Part shown: in pieces, positions 1 to 9,161 of the stretch | How positions within the stretch are numbered: the stretch's first letter is position 1 | Layout: each line of letters begins with the position of its first letter | Assembly: GCA_038065095.1 (NCBI GenBank) | Contig: JBBTRR010000001.1 | Span: forward strand, 113,546 to 177,545 | DNA from: Patescibacteria group bacterium | Lineage (GTDB): Bacteria; Patescibacteriota; Minisyncoccia; JACQLN01 | Length of the DNA: 64,000 bases | Direction: 5' to 3' | Translations under genes and position numbers: made by a program | Notes under the pieces: generated by a model | What the model saw: only the letters and a program-made list of their open reading frames with translations | Database searches by the model: none | Told to the model about the DNA's origin: nothing

Positions 1-224
1 TTGCCGTATACGGTAGTTGTTTGAAGGCTCTTTATGGTCGTCGTTGCTGTCGCCTTTTAGGCGATAGAATTTTTAGATTATCGGAAGACGAAAGCTATCT
101 TTTAGCAGTTCCTTCCAGAGGAGGAACTCCAACCGCTGACGATGCCTTCAGTGTATATCGTTATTTTACAGACTGGATACTTGTTAAAAGTAAAAGAATT
201 CCTGTTTTAATGTCACTGAACTAA
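1..224 (+). CDS. 3' part of a hypothetical protein, probably truncated by the window edge
   Basis: Open frame ending TAA at 224, followed by a terminator-like hairpin. No recognisable motif. Confidence 0.35.
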   Translation, partial: AVYGSCLKALYGRRCCRLLGDRIFRLSEDESYLLAVPSRGGTPTADDAFSVYRYFTDWILVKSKRIPVLMSLN

Positions 225-230
225 ATAAGC

Positions 231-266
231 AACACTCCGGAAACAAACCGGAGTGTTATTTTTTTG
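231..266 (+). terminator. Rho-independent terminator
   Basis: AACACTCCGG-aaacaaa-CCGGAGTGTT stem followed by a T-run. Confidence 0.7.
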
Positions 267-367
267 TGGTCGAACTTGTGTTTTTTCAATAGGGCGCTAT
301 AATCCTATCAATTAGATTTACAATTGTTTTTATAAATTAGATATTATAATTTAGAAATTTTCAAGAT

Positions 368-1546
368 ATGCCCCAAGTTAAACCCGATGTAGAAACTTTT
401 GCCCGAATAAGGGTTGTTGGTGTTGGTGGTTCTGGTGGCTCGGCTATTCACCGAATGATGGCGAGCAGAATTCAAGGCGTAGATTTTGTGGCGGTTAATA
501 CTGATGCGCAGGCACTTCATCATTGTTTAGCGCCTAGAAAAATTCATATTGGCAAAAACACAACTCGTGGCTTAGGTGCTGGCATGAATCCAGATATTGG
601 CCGGCAAGCGGCCGAAGAAAGCCGTGAAGAAATAGAAGAGGCAATTCGTGGTTCCGATATGGTTTTTATAACTTGTGGTATGGGCGGAGGAACGGGTACA
701 GGGGCGGCACCAATAGTGGCGGAAGCTGCCAAAGAATCTGGTGCTTTAACCGTGGCTGTTGTAACTCGACCGTTTTCTTTTGAAGGTTTACAAAGAAACA
801 GAATTGCCGAATCTGGTATAGAAGAATTAAAAGAAAGAGTAGATACTATAATCGTTATTCCTAACGATAGACTACTTACAATTATCGACCGTAAGACTTC
901 GCTTGTAAGTTCGTTTGAAATTGTGGACGATGTTTTGCGTCAAGCGGTTCAAGGTATTTCCGATCTTATAACTTTGCCCGGTATCGTTAACGTCGACTTT
1001 GCCGACGTTAAAGCTATTATGAAAGACGCTGGTTCGGCTTTAATGGGTATAGGGCGCGCTACCGGAGACGACAGAGCCCAAGAAGCGGCCAGAGCAGCTA
1101 TTAACTCACCATTGTTAGAAGTATCTATAAACGGGGCCAAAGGAGTTTTATTTAACATTTCTGGTGGCGCCGATTTAAGTATGAGTGAGGTAAACGAAGC
1201 GGCTCAAATTATTACTGAATCCATAGATCGCGATGCCAAAGTAATTTTTGGAGCAGTTATAGACGACAAACTCAAAAAAGGCGAAATAAAAGTTACGGTG
1301 GTGGCCACAGGTTTTAATTCGGAAGTTTCCGAAGGAAAATCTTTACTTAACGATACTTCATCTTTTCTTAAGCCTAGAGAATCTTACGCGCCAAGAAAAG
1401 ATGACAGTGTTGAAGAAAATATTTTTTTAAAAACAGTAAAACCACAAGGCAAAGCTTTTGAAGCACAAGTTTCTTCGGTTAATGAAGAAGATGAAAACGA
1501 CGATGAGTTTATTGTGCCAGCGTTTATTAGAAGAAAGATGAAGTAA
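368..1546 (+). CDS. ftsZ: Cell division GTPase FtsZ
   Basis: GVGGSGG, tubulin signature [19 protein letters not shown] and C-terminal VPAFIRR peptide. Confidence 0.99.
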   Translation: MPQVKPDVETFARIRVVGVGGSGGSAIHRMMASRIQGVDFVAVNTDAQALHHCLAPRKIHIGKNTTRGLGAGMNPDIGRQAAEESREEIEEAIRGSDMVFITCGMGGGTGTGAAPIVAEAAKESGALTVAVVTRPFSFEGLQRNRIAESGIEELKERVDTIIVIPNDRLLTIIDRKTSLVSSFEIVDDVLRQAVQGISDLITLPGIVNVDFADVKAIMKDAGSALMGIGRATGDDRAQEAARAAINSPLLEVSINGAKGVLFNISGGADLSMSEVNEAAQIITESIDRDAKVIFGAVIDDKLKKGEIKVTVVATGFNSEVSEGKSLLNDTSSFLKPRESYAPRKDDSVEENIFLKTVKPQGKAFEAQVSSVNEEDENDDEFIVPAFIRRKMK

Positions 1547-1586
1547 CTATAGAGGATTAAGCCTCTATAGTATTAACTAAACATTT

Positions 1587-1618
1587 TAGCACGAGAATAC
1601 GATCGTATTCTCGTGCTA
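1587..1618. repeat. 32-bp perfect palindrome (TACGATCGTA-core family, copy 1)
   Basis: tagcacgagaatacga|tcgtattctcgtgcta, directly after ftsZ and followed by a T-run. Confidence 0.9.
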
Positions 1619-1660
1619 TTTTTGTTGAAACAAAAATGTATTCGTGGTAGATTATTAATT

Positions 1661-1879
1661 ATGAAAAAGCAGTTTACTGTGGTTTATAAAAAAAGAGGCA
1701 AGTGGTATGTGGGCTGGGTAGAAGAAGTTCCTGGCGCAAATTCACAGGCCAAAACCTTAAAAGGGCTTAAAGAAAATTTGAATGAAGCCTTAAGTTTGGT
1801 TTTGAAATCAAACAGAAGTATTTTAGAACAGGAACTAGGCGGAAAGTTAGTAAGGGAATCGTTAGTAGTTTCTTACTGA
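1661..1879 (+). CDS. hicB: HicB-family antitoxin (short form)
   Basis: WYVGWVEEVPGANSQAKTL..L..NL.EA motif. ATG at 1661 is preferred because the ORF-track start lies inside the palindrome. Confidence 0.85.
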   Translation: MKKQFTVVYKKRGKWYVGWVEEVPGANSQAKTLKGLKENLNEALSLVLKSNRSILEQELGGKLVRESLVVSY

Positions 1880-2070
1880 TGAAACGGATAGATTTAGTTA
1901 AACATATAATTATTCACGGATGTGTTTTTGTCCGAGAAGGCGCTAAACATAGCGTCTTTTTTAATCCTAAAACAAGACAAACTTCTACAGTACCTCGGCA
2001 CAGTGAGGTCGATAAGTTTCTAGCTCGAAAAATATGCCGAGATTTAGGCGTAGAGGAAATAAAGAAATAA
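1879..2070 (+). CDS. hicA: HicA-family toxin (mRNA interferase)
   Basis: REGAKHS...TVPRH..V...LARKICR.L motif; start overlaps the hicB stop (TGATG). Confidence 0.9.
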   Translation: MKRIDLVKHIIIHGCVFVREGAKHSVFFNPKTRQTSTVPRHSEVDKFLARKICRDLGVEEIKK

Positions 2071-2071
2071 A

Positions 2072-2110
2072 ATACCCGCTCCGATATTGTCGGGGCGGGG
2101 TTTGTTTTTG
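2072..2110. terminator. Probable bidirectional terminator
   Basis: ACCCGCTCCGA-tattg-TCGGGGCGGG stem with a T-rich tail, lying between convergent genes. Confidence 0.65.
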
Positions 2111-2113
2111 GGT

Positions 2114-2320
2114 CTAGGTTTTTGTGACAGGACATGAATCTTTTTTGGCTTGATTCTGTGTTGGTTCGGTAAACAGCTCGATGATTCTAGCTATACACAT
2201 ACCAGAGAGAATAGCCAGTGATAATTTGGCATATTCTGGGCCTGCTAATACCAGTAAAGCTGGAGCGATAAAGAAGAAAGTCATCAGCATTAAAAAACCA
2301 TATAGCGCATCCTTGTTCAT
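2114..2320 (-). CDS. Small hypothetical membrane protein
   Basis: Two hydrophobic segments; AAGGAG Shine-Dalgarno upstream of the ATG. Confidence 0.6.
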   Translation of the reverse strand: MNKDALYGFLMLMTFFFIAPALLVLAGPEYAKLSLAILSGMCIARIIELFTEPTQNQAKKDSCPVTKT

Positions 2321-2440
2321 TATGCAGACTCCTTTTCTTAAGGTTTTTACTTACCTGATCAAGATGGAATTGTTAATTCTATCGAAGTGGGACTTCAATA
2401 GAAGTTATTTTTTCTTTCTAGGTATGTTGCCTCCCCTTTT

Positions 2441-2623
2441 TTAATATTCAGAATCAATTGGTAATGGTATGCCGTATGTTTCTATGGCCTCCCTAAGACG
2501 ATCAAATTCTTCTTGCGGTTTTTCTTGGAGTGCTTTTAGAGCTTTCTTCAAACTGATAGAGTGGTAAGGTGTTCTTGTTGTTCTGTTTCCACCTCGATCC
2601 TCTGAAATTTTTCTTTTAGCCAT
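2441..2623 (-). CDS. Small hypothetical protein (MAKRKISEDR...)
   Basis: GAGGAG SD 8 nt before the ATG at 2623; 60 aa. Confidence 0.5.
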   Translation of the reverse strand: MAKRKISEDRGGNRTTRTPYHSISLKKALKALQEKPQEEFDRLREAIETYGIPLPIDSEY

Positions 2624-2802
2624 GCACTGTTCTCCTCGAAGGAAGTGTTTGGAGTTCTTACAACTCCGTTTAGAAAAATCCAAGTAGTTAAAGATCCTGC
2701 CCATACATATACAGCTATGTTTTCGTTTATCAAATAAGCAAGAAAGGTAAAACCAAATATAGGTACTAAAGAGAGTCTTGTAGCCATATCTCCTTTTTGC
2801 AT
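2548..2802 (-). CDS. Small hypothetical membrane protein
   Basis: GGAGG and AAGGAG SDs and a hydrophobic N-half. It overlaps the next ORF by ~75 nt, so it is uncertain. Confidence 0.4.
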   Translation of the reverse strand: MQKGDMATRLSLVPIFGFTFLAYLINENIAVYVWAGSLTTWIFLNGVVRTPNTSFEENSAWLKEKFQRIEVETEQQEHLTTLSV

Positions 2803-3108
2803 AAGCCCTCCTTCTAATTTTGAGAATTTTTATTAAGGAACTTTATTAAATTAAAGCAGTCTAAATTTTTCTTGTCAAAGTTGTCAATTTTTATGCATTT
2901 ATCTGTGGATATCCGTTTTAAAAGTTAAGGGTGTAAAATGAATTTAAGTAGTTTAAATTTTATAAAAAAATGCGGTTCGGATTTTTTGCAATTAGCCCTT
3001 GAGTTTAGAAGTCTCTGGTAGTTTTGGTCGTCTGGAGACTTTTTGATTCAAGGTTTTCCCTTGAATAAGGTGGATTCTGGTTGCAAGCTAACGAATCTCA
3101 TAAAAAAT

Positions 3109-5946
3109 ATGGGAAATTCTTCTATTGCCGATCGCGTCAAACGCGACGAGTCGGGCAAACGCGATTCGTCAACGAATAAAATTTTTTTAGTTAAAAGATA
3201 TTTTACTAAGCCCAATGTTCACCCTTACGATGAATTTAAATGGGAAAAGCGAGATATAAAAATATCTGGCCCGCAAGGCACGTTGGTAGATGCTAAAAAT
3301 TTAGAATTTCCAAAATTTTGGTCTCATAACGCGGCTAGTATTACGGGTTCCAAATATTTTCGAGGTTCGGGCGATAAACGTGAAACTTCGGTTAAGCAGA
3401 TGATAAACCGTGTGGTAAAAAATATTACTGCATGGGGCGAATCGTCTGGTTATTTTAATACAAAAACCGAAGCCAAAGCGTTTGAAGACGAGCTAACTCA
3501 TTTGTTGGTTTACCAAAAATCGGCGTTTAATAGCCCTGTTTGGTTTAATGTGGGTATAAAAGAAAAGCCACAGTGTTCGGCTTGTTTTATTTTAAGCGTA
3601 GACGATAGTATGGAATCTATAATGGATTGGATTTCTACCGAAGCTAGAATTTTTAAAGGAGGTTCGGGGGCTGGTATAAATTTATCGGCATTACGTTCTT
3701 CAAAGGAACCATTGTCGCATGGTGGTTTTTCTTCTGGCCCAGTTTCTTTTATGCGTGGAGCGGATTCGGTAGCGGGCATGATAAAATCTGGTGGTGCTAC
3801 ACGCCGTGCCGCTAAAATGGTTTTGTTAAATATAGATCATCCCGATGTAATGGAATTTATTCGTTGCAAAGCCGAAGAAGAAAAAAAAGTTAGGGCTTTT
3901 ATATCCTCTGGTTACAATATGCAAAATTTGAACGAGCCAGCTTGGTCATCTATTCAATATCAAAATGCCAATAATTCTGTGCGCTTGTCGGACGAATTCC
4001 TAAAAGCTGTAGAGGAAGACAAAGAATGGAGTACTAAATTTATTACCACCGGAAAAATTGCCAACACTTATAAAGCTCGCGAACTTATGCATGAAATTTC
4101 TTTGGCGGCTTGGGAATGTGCTGATCCTGGGGTGCATTATAAAACCACAATAGATAAATGGCATACGTCTTCTAACACTGGGCCAATCAATGGCTGTAAC
4201 CCATGCAGTGAATATATGCACCTAGATAATTCGGCCTGCAATTTATCTTCTATAAATTTAATTCATTTCTTGGCCGAAGATGGAAGTTTTAAGGTTAAAG
4301 ATTTTGTTCAAGCGGTAGATGTTATGATTTTGGCACAAGAAATTATTGTAGGGCATTCTTCGTATCCAACTCCAAAAATAGAAGAAACCGCACACAATTT
4401 TAGAGAATTAGGTTTAGGTTTTACAAACTTGGGCGGATTATTAATGGCTAAAGCTTTGGCTTACGATTCTAACGAGGCTCGGGCTTGGGCGGGTGCTATA
4501 ACTGCGCTTATGACCGGCGAAGCTTATAGATTATCGGCAGTGATGGCTTCAAAAATTGGTGCACATAATGGCTACGCCATAAACAAAGAACCTCAATTAA
4601 AAGTTATCGGTATGCATCGCGATAAAGTAAAAGAAATAAATCCAAAGGCAATGGATGATAAAAAACTTTTAAAAACTGCGGGTGACACTTGGGTGGAAGC
4701 ATTTAATTTGGCTAAAAAACATGGGGTTAGAAATTCTCAAGTAACTGTTATTGCACCAACTGGCACGATTGCCTTAATGATGGATTGCGCTTGTACAGGT
4801 GTTGAACCTTTATTTGCCCCATTAATTTATAAACAACTTGTAGGTGGTGGTTATATGAAATTTGTGGCCGACACTATTCCTTTGGCTTTAAAAAAACTTG
4901 GATATTCTACAAGCCAGAACGAAGAAATAATGAAATATATAGAAGAAAAAGGTATTGTGGAAGGTGCGCCAAATTTAAAAGAGGAACACTTGGCAATTTT
5001 TGATTGCGCAGTTAAGCCGGCCGCTGGCACAAGATCGATTCATTGGCAGGGTCACGTTAAAATGGTGGCGGCGGTTCAACCGTTTATTTCGGGTGCGATT
5101 TCTAAAACATTTAATATGGACGAAGGAACCACTGTGGAAGAAATTCAAGAAGCTTACATAATGGGTTGGAAATTGGGCTTAAAAGCTTTTGCGGTTTACC
5201 GAGATGGTTGTAAAGCGGCTCAACCTTTATCTACTAAGAAAAAGGAAAAAGATTCTACATCGATTGAAGCCAAAGCAGAGGCCGAGGTTAAGACTGTTAA
5301 TGTTGTACCACAACAAAGAAAACTTCCAGCTACTCGTCTTTCCGAAACTCATAAGTTTACAATTGCGGGGCATCAAGGTTTCTTAACGCATAGTATATAC
5401 GATGACGGCACGCTTGCCGAAATATTTATTCGTATTGCTAAACAAGGTTCAACTTTAGCCGGATTGTTAGATACATTCGCTATTTCTGTTTCTATGGCGT
5501 TGCAACACGGCGTGCCTTTAAAAAAATTATGTCACCAATTTATACACGGGCGTTACGAGCCGATGGGTTTTACCGAAAACGCCAATATTCCAATGGTGAG
5601 TTCCATAACCGATTATATTTTTAAATATTTAGCTTTAAGATTTTTACAGGCCGATGATTTAGCTGAATTTGGTTTAGATTCTGCCAATAGAATAGAAACT
5701 CATATGCCTTCCATTAAAGATAATTCATCCGAAGCAAGTGGCTTGATTATGGAGAGTTTAGCGGCTAAAGAACCTGTGGTGGTTGCAACAGTTGCCCAAC
5801 CCGAGGTTGGTCAGCCTAGGGCTGAAAAAACAGTTGGTGTAATTTATGCGGGAACCGTCTGCAAACTTTGCGGTGGTATGATGATTCGCACTGGCACTTG
5901 CTTAACCTGCAGGCAGTGTGGAGAAGCGAATGGGGGGTGTTCCTAG
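3109..5946 (+). CDS. nrdJ: Adenosylcobalamin-dependent (class II) ribonucleotide reductase
   Basis: FNSPVWFN, PQCSACFI, GGATRRAAKM, NPCSE active site, IAPTGT, ISGAISKT, C-terminal TSCPD-like domain and CxxC...CxxC. ATG at 3109 is the likely start. Confidence 0.95.
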   Translation: MGNSSIADRVKRDESGKRDSSTNKIFLVKRYFTKPNVHPYDEFKWEKRDIKISGPQGTLVDAKNLEFPKFWSHNAASITGSKYFRGSGDKRETSVKQMINRVVKNITAWGESSGYFNTKTEAKAFEDELTHLLVYQKSAFNSPVWFNVGIKEKPQCSACFILSVDDSMESIMDWISTEARIFKGGSGAGINLSALRSSKEPLSHGGFSSGPVSFMRGADSVAGMIKSGGATRRAAKMVLLNIDHPDVMEFIRCKAEEEKKVRAFISSGYNMQNLNEPAWSSIQYQNANNSVRLSDEFLKAVEEDKEWSTKFITTGKIANTYKARELMHEISLAAWECADPGVHYKTTIDKWHTSSNTGPINGCNPCSEYMHLDNSACNLSSINLIHFLAEDGSFKVKDFVQAVDVMILAQEIIVGHSSYPTPKIEETAHNFRELGLGFTNLGGLLMAKALAYDSNEARAWAGAITALMTGEAYRLSAVMASKIGAHNGYAINKEPQLKVIGMHRDKVKEINPKAMDDKKLLKTAGDTWVEAFNLAKKHGVRNSQVTVIAPTGTIALMMDCACTGVEPLFAPLIYKQLVGGGYMKFVADTIPLALKKLGYSTSQNEEIMKYIEEKGIVEGAPNLKEEHLAIFDCAVKPAAGTRSIHWQGHVKMVAAVQPFISGAISKTFNMDEGTTVEEIQEAYIMGWKLGLKAFAVYRDGCKAAQPLSTKKKEKDSTSIEAKAEAEVKTVNVVPQQRKLPATRLSETHKFTIAGHQGFLTHSIYDDGTLAEIFIRIAKQGSTLAGLLDTFAISVSMALQHGVPLKKLCHQFIHGRYEPMGFTENANIPMVSSITDYIFKYLALRFLQADDLAEFGLDSANRIETHMPSIKDNSSEASGLIMESLAAKEPVVVATVAQPEVGQPRAEKTVGVIYAGTVCKLCGGMMIRTGTCLTCRQCGEANGGCS

Positions 5947-6023
5947 CTAGCTTTTAGGATTTACCCAGTAACGCATACGAATGTACGTTACTGGGTTAGC
6001 TTCGTTAGCTTTTTAGGAAAATA

Positions 6024-6060
6024 AAAAGACCGCCGCTTGGATTTTTCCAAACGGCGGAGT
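6024..6060 (-). terminator. Terminator-like hairpin between nrdJ and a convergent ORF
   Basis: CCGCCGcTTGGA-tttt-TCCAAaCGGCGG stem with an A-run on the left, which is a U-tail on the minus strand. Confidence 0.6.
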
Positions 6061-6070
6061 GAACCTATAA

Positions 6071-6379
6071 CTATCCGATTTCTATCCTGTTATTATTACC
6101 GATTATGGTAATGGTGCCTTTTTCTTTGTCGATCGCGAATCTGCTCAAGTTTTCTGAAAGTTTGTGTACTTTCTTTGGAAACATCTCGAACGCTTTCAGG
6201 ATGATATTCCACTTTACGAGGTCAAATTCTTCAGAAGATATTACTATGTTTTCATCCCGATCTTGGAACAGTTTGGGTAGTGATTCGTTTAATGTATCCA
6301 TATCTCCTTCGGTTTTTTCACTGATTTTCACCACCAATTTAGCGAGCATAAACAATGACAAGTATAATAGCCTGAACAT
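6071..6379 (-). CDS. Hypothetical protein
   Basis: GAGGAG SD; upstream TTGACT...TATATT promoter-like sequence on the minus strand. Confidence 0.55.
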   Translation of the reverse strand: MFRLLYLSLFMLAKLVVKISEKTEGDMDTLNESLPKLFQDRDENIVISSEEFDLVKWNIILKAFEMFPKKVHKLSENLSRFAIDKEKGTITIIGNNNRIEIG

Positions 6380-6450
6380 GACGGGTATCTCCTCGGTTTG
6401 AGTTAAGGAACGATGGCAAAAATATAGCAGTTATAAACAAATAAAGTCAA

Positions 6451-7023
6451 ATGCTAATTGTAGTCACTGGTAATGGTAAGGGAAAGACCACGAGCGCACT
6501 TGGGCAGGCTTTAAGAGTGGTTGGCGAGGGCGGAAAGGCTGTAATGTATCAGTTTATAAAAGGGCCGTGGGTTTCGGGCGAGGATGTCCTAATCTCAAAA
6601 ATCAAATCTCAAAAATCAAAAATAAAAGACAATAAATTATTAGAGGGTCTGGAGAATTGGTATGATTTTGACATTATTAAGGGTGGCAAAGGTTTTGTTG
6701 GAATATTGGGCGATTCGTATCCAAAATCAGTTCACATCAAGGCGGCCGAAGAAACTTGGGGTGTTGCCAAAAAAGCCATAGAATCTAAAAAATACCAGTT
6801 AGTTGTTTTAGACGAAATTAATGTAGCTATAAAATTAGGCTTGTTAAAAATAAGCCCAGTATTTTCTTTTTTGAAAAAATATCGTGGAATTGTTAATATT
6901 ATGGTTACAGGGCGAGACGCCCACAATAAGCTTATAGAACTTGCTGATTTGGTTTCGGAGGTTAAAGAAATAAAGCACCCTTTTAATAAAGGTGTTTCAG
7001 CCAGAAAGGGAGTGGAGTACTAA
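6451..7023 (+). CDS. cobO: Cob(I)alamin/cob(I)yrinic acid a,c-diamide adenosyltransferase (CobO/BtuR)
   Basis: TGNGKGKTTSALG P-loop, QFIKG, VVLDEIN, TGR, ADLVSE, KHPF..G..AR.GVEY. Confidence 0.93.
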   Translation: MLIVVTGNGKGKTTSALGQALRVVGEGGKAVMYQFIKGPWVSGEDVLISKIKSQKSKIKDNKLLEGLENWYDFDIIKGGKGFVGILGDSYPKSVHIKAAEETWGVAKKAIESKKYQLVVLDEINVAIKLGLLKISPVFSFLKKYRGIVNIMVTGRDAHNKLIELADLVSEVKEIKHPFNKGVSARKGVEY

Positions 7024-7028
7024 AAATT

Positions 7029-7148
7029 ATGTTTGCCCTAGGTTTAATAATTGGTTTTTTAGCAGGGTTTTTCTTAGGCGGAACTATCGCTGTTATTTCG
7101 TCTGCAAACTGGGAAGAAATTACAAACTTTTTTTCTGGTAAAAAATAA
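7029..7148 (+). CDS. 39-aa membrane peptide (not in ORF track)
   Basis: MFALGLIIGFLAGFFLGGTIAVISSANWEEITNFFSGKK; starts 5 nt after the cobO stop; GxxxG repeats. Confidence 0.5.
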   Translation: MFALGLIIGFLAGFFLGGTIAVISSANWEEITNFFSGKK

Positions 7149-7149
7149 A

Positions 7150-7239
7150 ATGCTTATTGGTTTATTAATTGGTTTTATAGTTGGTTTAATACTTTCGCTT
7201 TTAATTGCTTTTGCCATGGCTTCAAAAAATGGATTTTAA
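7150..7239 (+). CDS. 29-aa membrane peptide (not in ORF track)
   Basis: MLIGLLIGFIVGLILSLLIAFAMASKNGF; starts 1 nt after the previous stop and resembles the previous peptide. Confidence 0.45.
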   Translation: MLIGLLIGFIVGLILSLLIAFAMASKNGF

Positions 7240-7259
7240 TTTAATTTTAATTAGTAAAA

Positions 7260-7295
7260 AATATACCGAATCTACGATCGTAGATTCGGTATATT
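7260..7295. repeat. 36-bp perfect palindrome (TACGATCGTA-core family, copy 2)
   Basis: aatataccgaatctacga|tcgtagattcggtatatt, between convergent genes. Confidence 0.9.
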
Positions 7296-7337
7296 CTGTC
7301 TTTAAATATAAATCTACTATCCTTTAATCCTTTCCAT

Positions 7338-7901
7338 CTAATCAACTTGGGCTCGGCGGACGTAGGATCCTGTTCTAGTATCTACTTCTATTTTTTCACC
7401 GGCCTCAATAAATAATGGAACTTTTATTTCGGCACCGGTTTCTAAAATGGCGTCTTTTAATGCACCTTGCACAGTGTCGCCACGAGCGGCTGGCGGAGCA
7501 TCTTTTACTTCTAGAATAACTTTAATTGGTAATTCTAAAGATATTGGTTTTCCTTTAAATAAAAAAATATCTGCCGGCATATCCTTTTTAAGGAATTTAA
7601 CTTTATCTTCTAAGGTTTCTTCACTAAAACTCATTTTTTCTCCACCTTCAGCCTGAAAGAAAAACTCATTTTTGGTGCGATAGGTAAATTTAGATTTTAA
7701 TCGTTCTATATCGGCTTCCTTAATGCTGTCGGATTGTTGGAAAGTTTCCGAACGAACTTTGCCCGTAATTACATTGCGGATTTTAGTTTGCATAACTGGC
7801 CTTCTTTGAGCAACTTTATTAAAGTTGGATTCTAAAACTTGGTAGGGTTCGCCCTCTAAATCTATTAAAACGCCTGGTCTTAGATTGTTCATTGATAACA
7901 T
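7338..7901 (-). CDS. efp: Translation elongation factor P
   Basis: LRPG...EGEPY, RGDT...K.A.LETG..IKVPLFIE.GE.I.VDTRTG.YV.R signature. Likely start is the ATG at 7901. Confidence 0.95.
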   Translation of the reverse strand: MLSMNNLRPGVLIDLEGEPYQVLESNFNKVAQRRPVMQTKIRNVITGKVRSETFQQSDSIKEADIERLKSKFTYRTKNEFFFQAEGGEKMSFSEETLEDKVKFLKKDMPADIFLFKGKPISLELPIKVILEVKDAPPAARGDTVQGALKDAILETGAEIKVPLFIEAGEKIEVDTRTGSYVRRAQVD

Positions 7902-8009
7902 AATAATAGCGACACTAATTACGAATACACACAAATTTACAAATGAATTTTATTCGTGTCATTCGGGTGAATTCGCGTATTGGTGTCGCGATGAGTATAC
8001 TAAAAGATA

Positions 8010-9161
8010 ATGAAATCATCAAGAGCTTTAGCGGGTGTTTCTTTTGGATTTTTAATAGGTGTATTGGCTCAATCTATTATCGGTTTTTATTTTTGGCTGG
8101 TTTTTATTTTTATTTTAATAGCTATAATTTGTGCTGTTTTAGAAATTTTTGGCGGTTCTGATAAATTATTTTTAGCTTTTATAATTTTATTTTCTGCAGC
8201 GCTGGGTTTTTTAAGAGCGGGAACTTACCACGAAGATTTTTCTCTAAACGAAAAAACTTTTTGGAATATTTCGCGCGAATATTTGGTTAATCGCACAAAA
8301 TCAATTTTACCGCAAAATGAAGGTGCTCTTTTTAATGCTATGGTTTTTGGTTATGAAAAAGATGTTTCTAGTAAAATCAAGAACGATTTTAATATAACTG
8401 GTACTCGGCATGTTTTGGCGATTTCTGGTATGAATATTTCTATAATCGCCTTAATGATTATGGATTTTGCGATTGGTATTGGCTTATGGCGGAAGCAAGC
8501 TTTTTATGTGGCAGTTCTGGCTGTAATCGCTTTTATATTTTTAGTGGGTTCGCCAGCTTCGGCGGTGCGCGCCGGCATAATGGGCATACTTTTACTTTGG
8601 GCCAAAAATAAAGGCAGGTTGGTGCAGGCTTGGCGGCCAATAATGTTGGCCGCGTTTTTTATGGTGGCGCTAAACCCACGGCTTTTGGTTTTTAGTATTG
8701 GTTTTCAACTTTCTTTTTTGGCGGTTATTGGCATTGTTTATTTTAAAAATTTTTGGGACAAAATTTTGTTTTGGATTCCCATAAAACCAATGCGCGAATT
8801 AGTGGTGCTTTCTATGGCGGCGCAAACCACCACTTGGCCAGTTATGGTTTATAATTTTGGCACGCTTTCGGCTATAAGCCCAGTAGCCAATATTTTTGTG
8901 GTGCCGATGCTTAACCCGATAATGTTTTTAGGTTTAGGGTTTGTGGCGGTTTCTTGGAATAGTTATTTAGCGCAAATATTTTTATGGCCAGCTTGGCTGA
9001 TTTTAAAAGCTAATATAAAAATTGTAGATTTTTTTGGTTCGTTTAGTTGGGCTAGCATTAACTTAGGTAAAACCGGTTTAATTATTTTTATTTTTTATCC
9101 TCTTATTTATCTATTTTGGTTATACTTAGAAAAACACGGTTACAATGATTCAATTAACTAA
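8010..9161 (+). CDS. comEC: ComEC/Rec2 competence protein, membrane domain
   Basis: TGTRHVLAISGMN, SAVRAGIM, GFQLSFLAV motifs; multiple TM segments. Confidence 0.92.
   Translation: MKSSRALAGVSFGFLIGVLAQSIIGFYFWLVFIFILIAIICAVLEIFGGSDKLFLAFIILFSAALGFLRAGTYHEDFSLNEKTFWNISREYLVNRTKSILPQNEGALFNAMVFGYEKDVSSKIKNDFNITGTRHVLAISGMNISIIALMIMDFAIGIGLWRKQAFYVAVLAVIAFIFLVGSPASAVRAGIMGILLLWAKNKGRLVQAWRPIMLAAFFMVALNPRLLVFSIGFQLSFLAVIGIVYFKNFWDKILFWIPIKPMRELVVLSMAAQTTTWPVMVYNFGTLSAISPVANIFVVPMLNPIMFLGLGFVAVSWNSYLAQIFLWPAWLILKANIKIVDFFGSFSWASINLGKTGLIIFIFYPLIYLFWLYLEKHGYNDSIN

Noticed and set aside
2850-3108. Cobalamin riboswitch or NrdR box upstream of nrdJ
   Set aside because: No B12-box (GGGAA...GCCACTG) or clear NrdR palindrome is visible.
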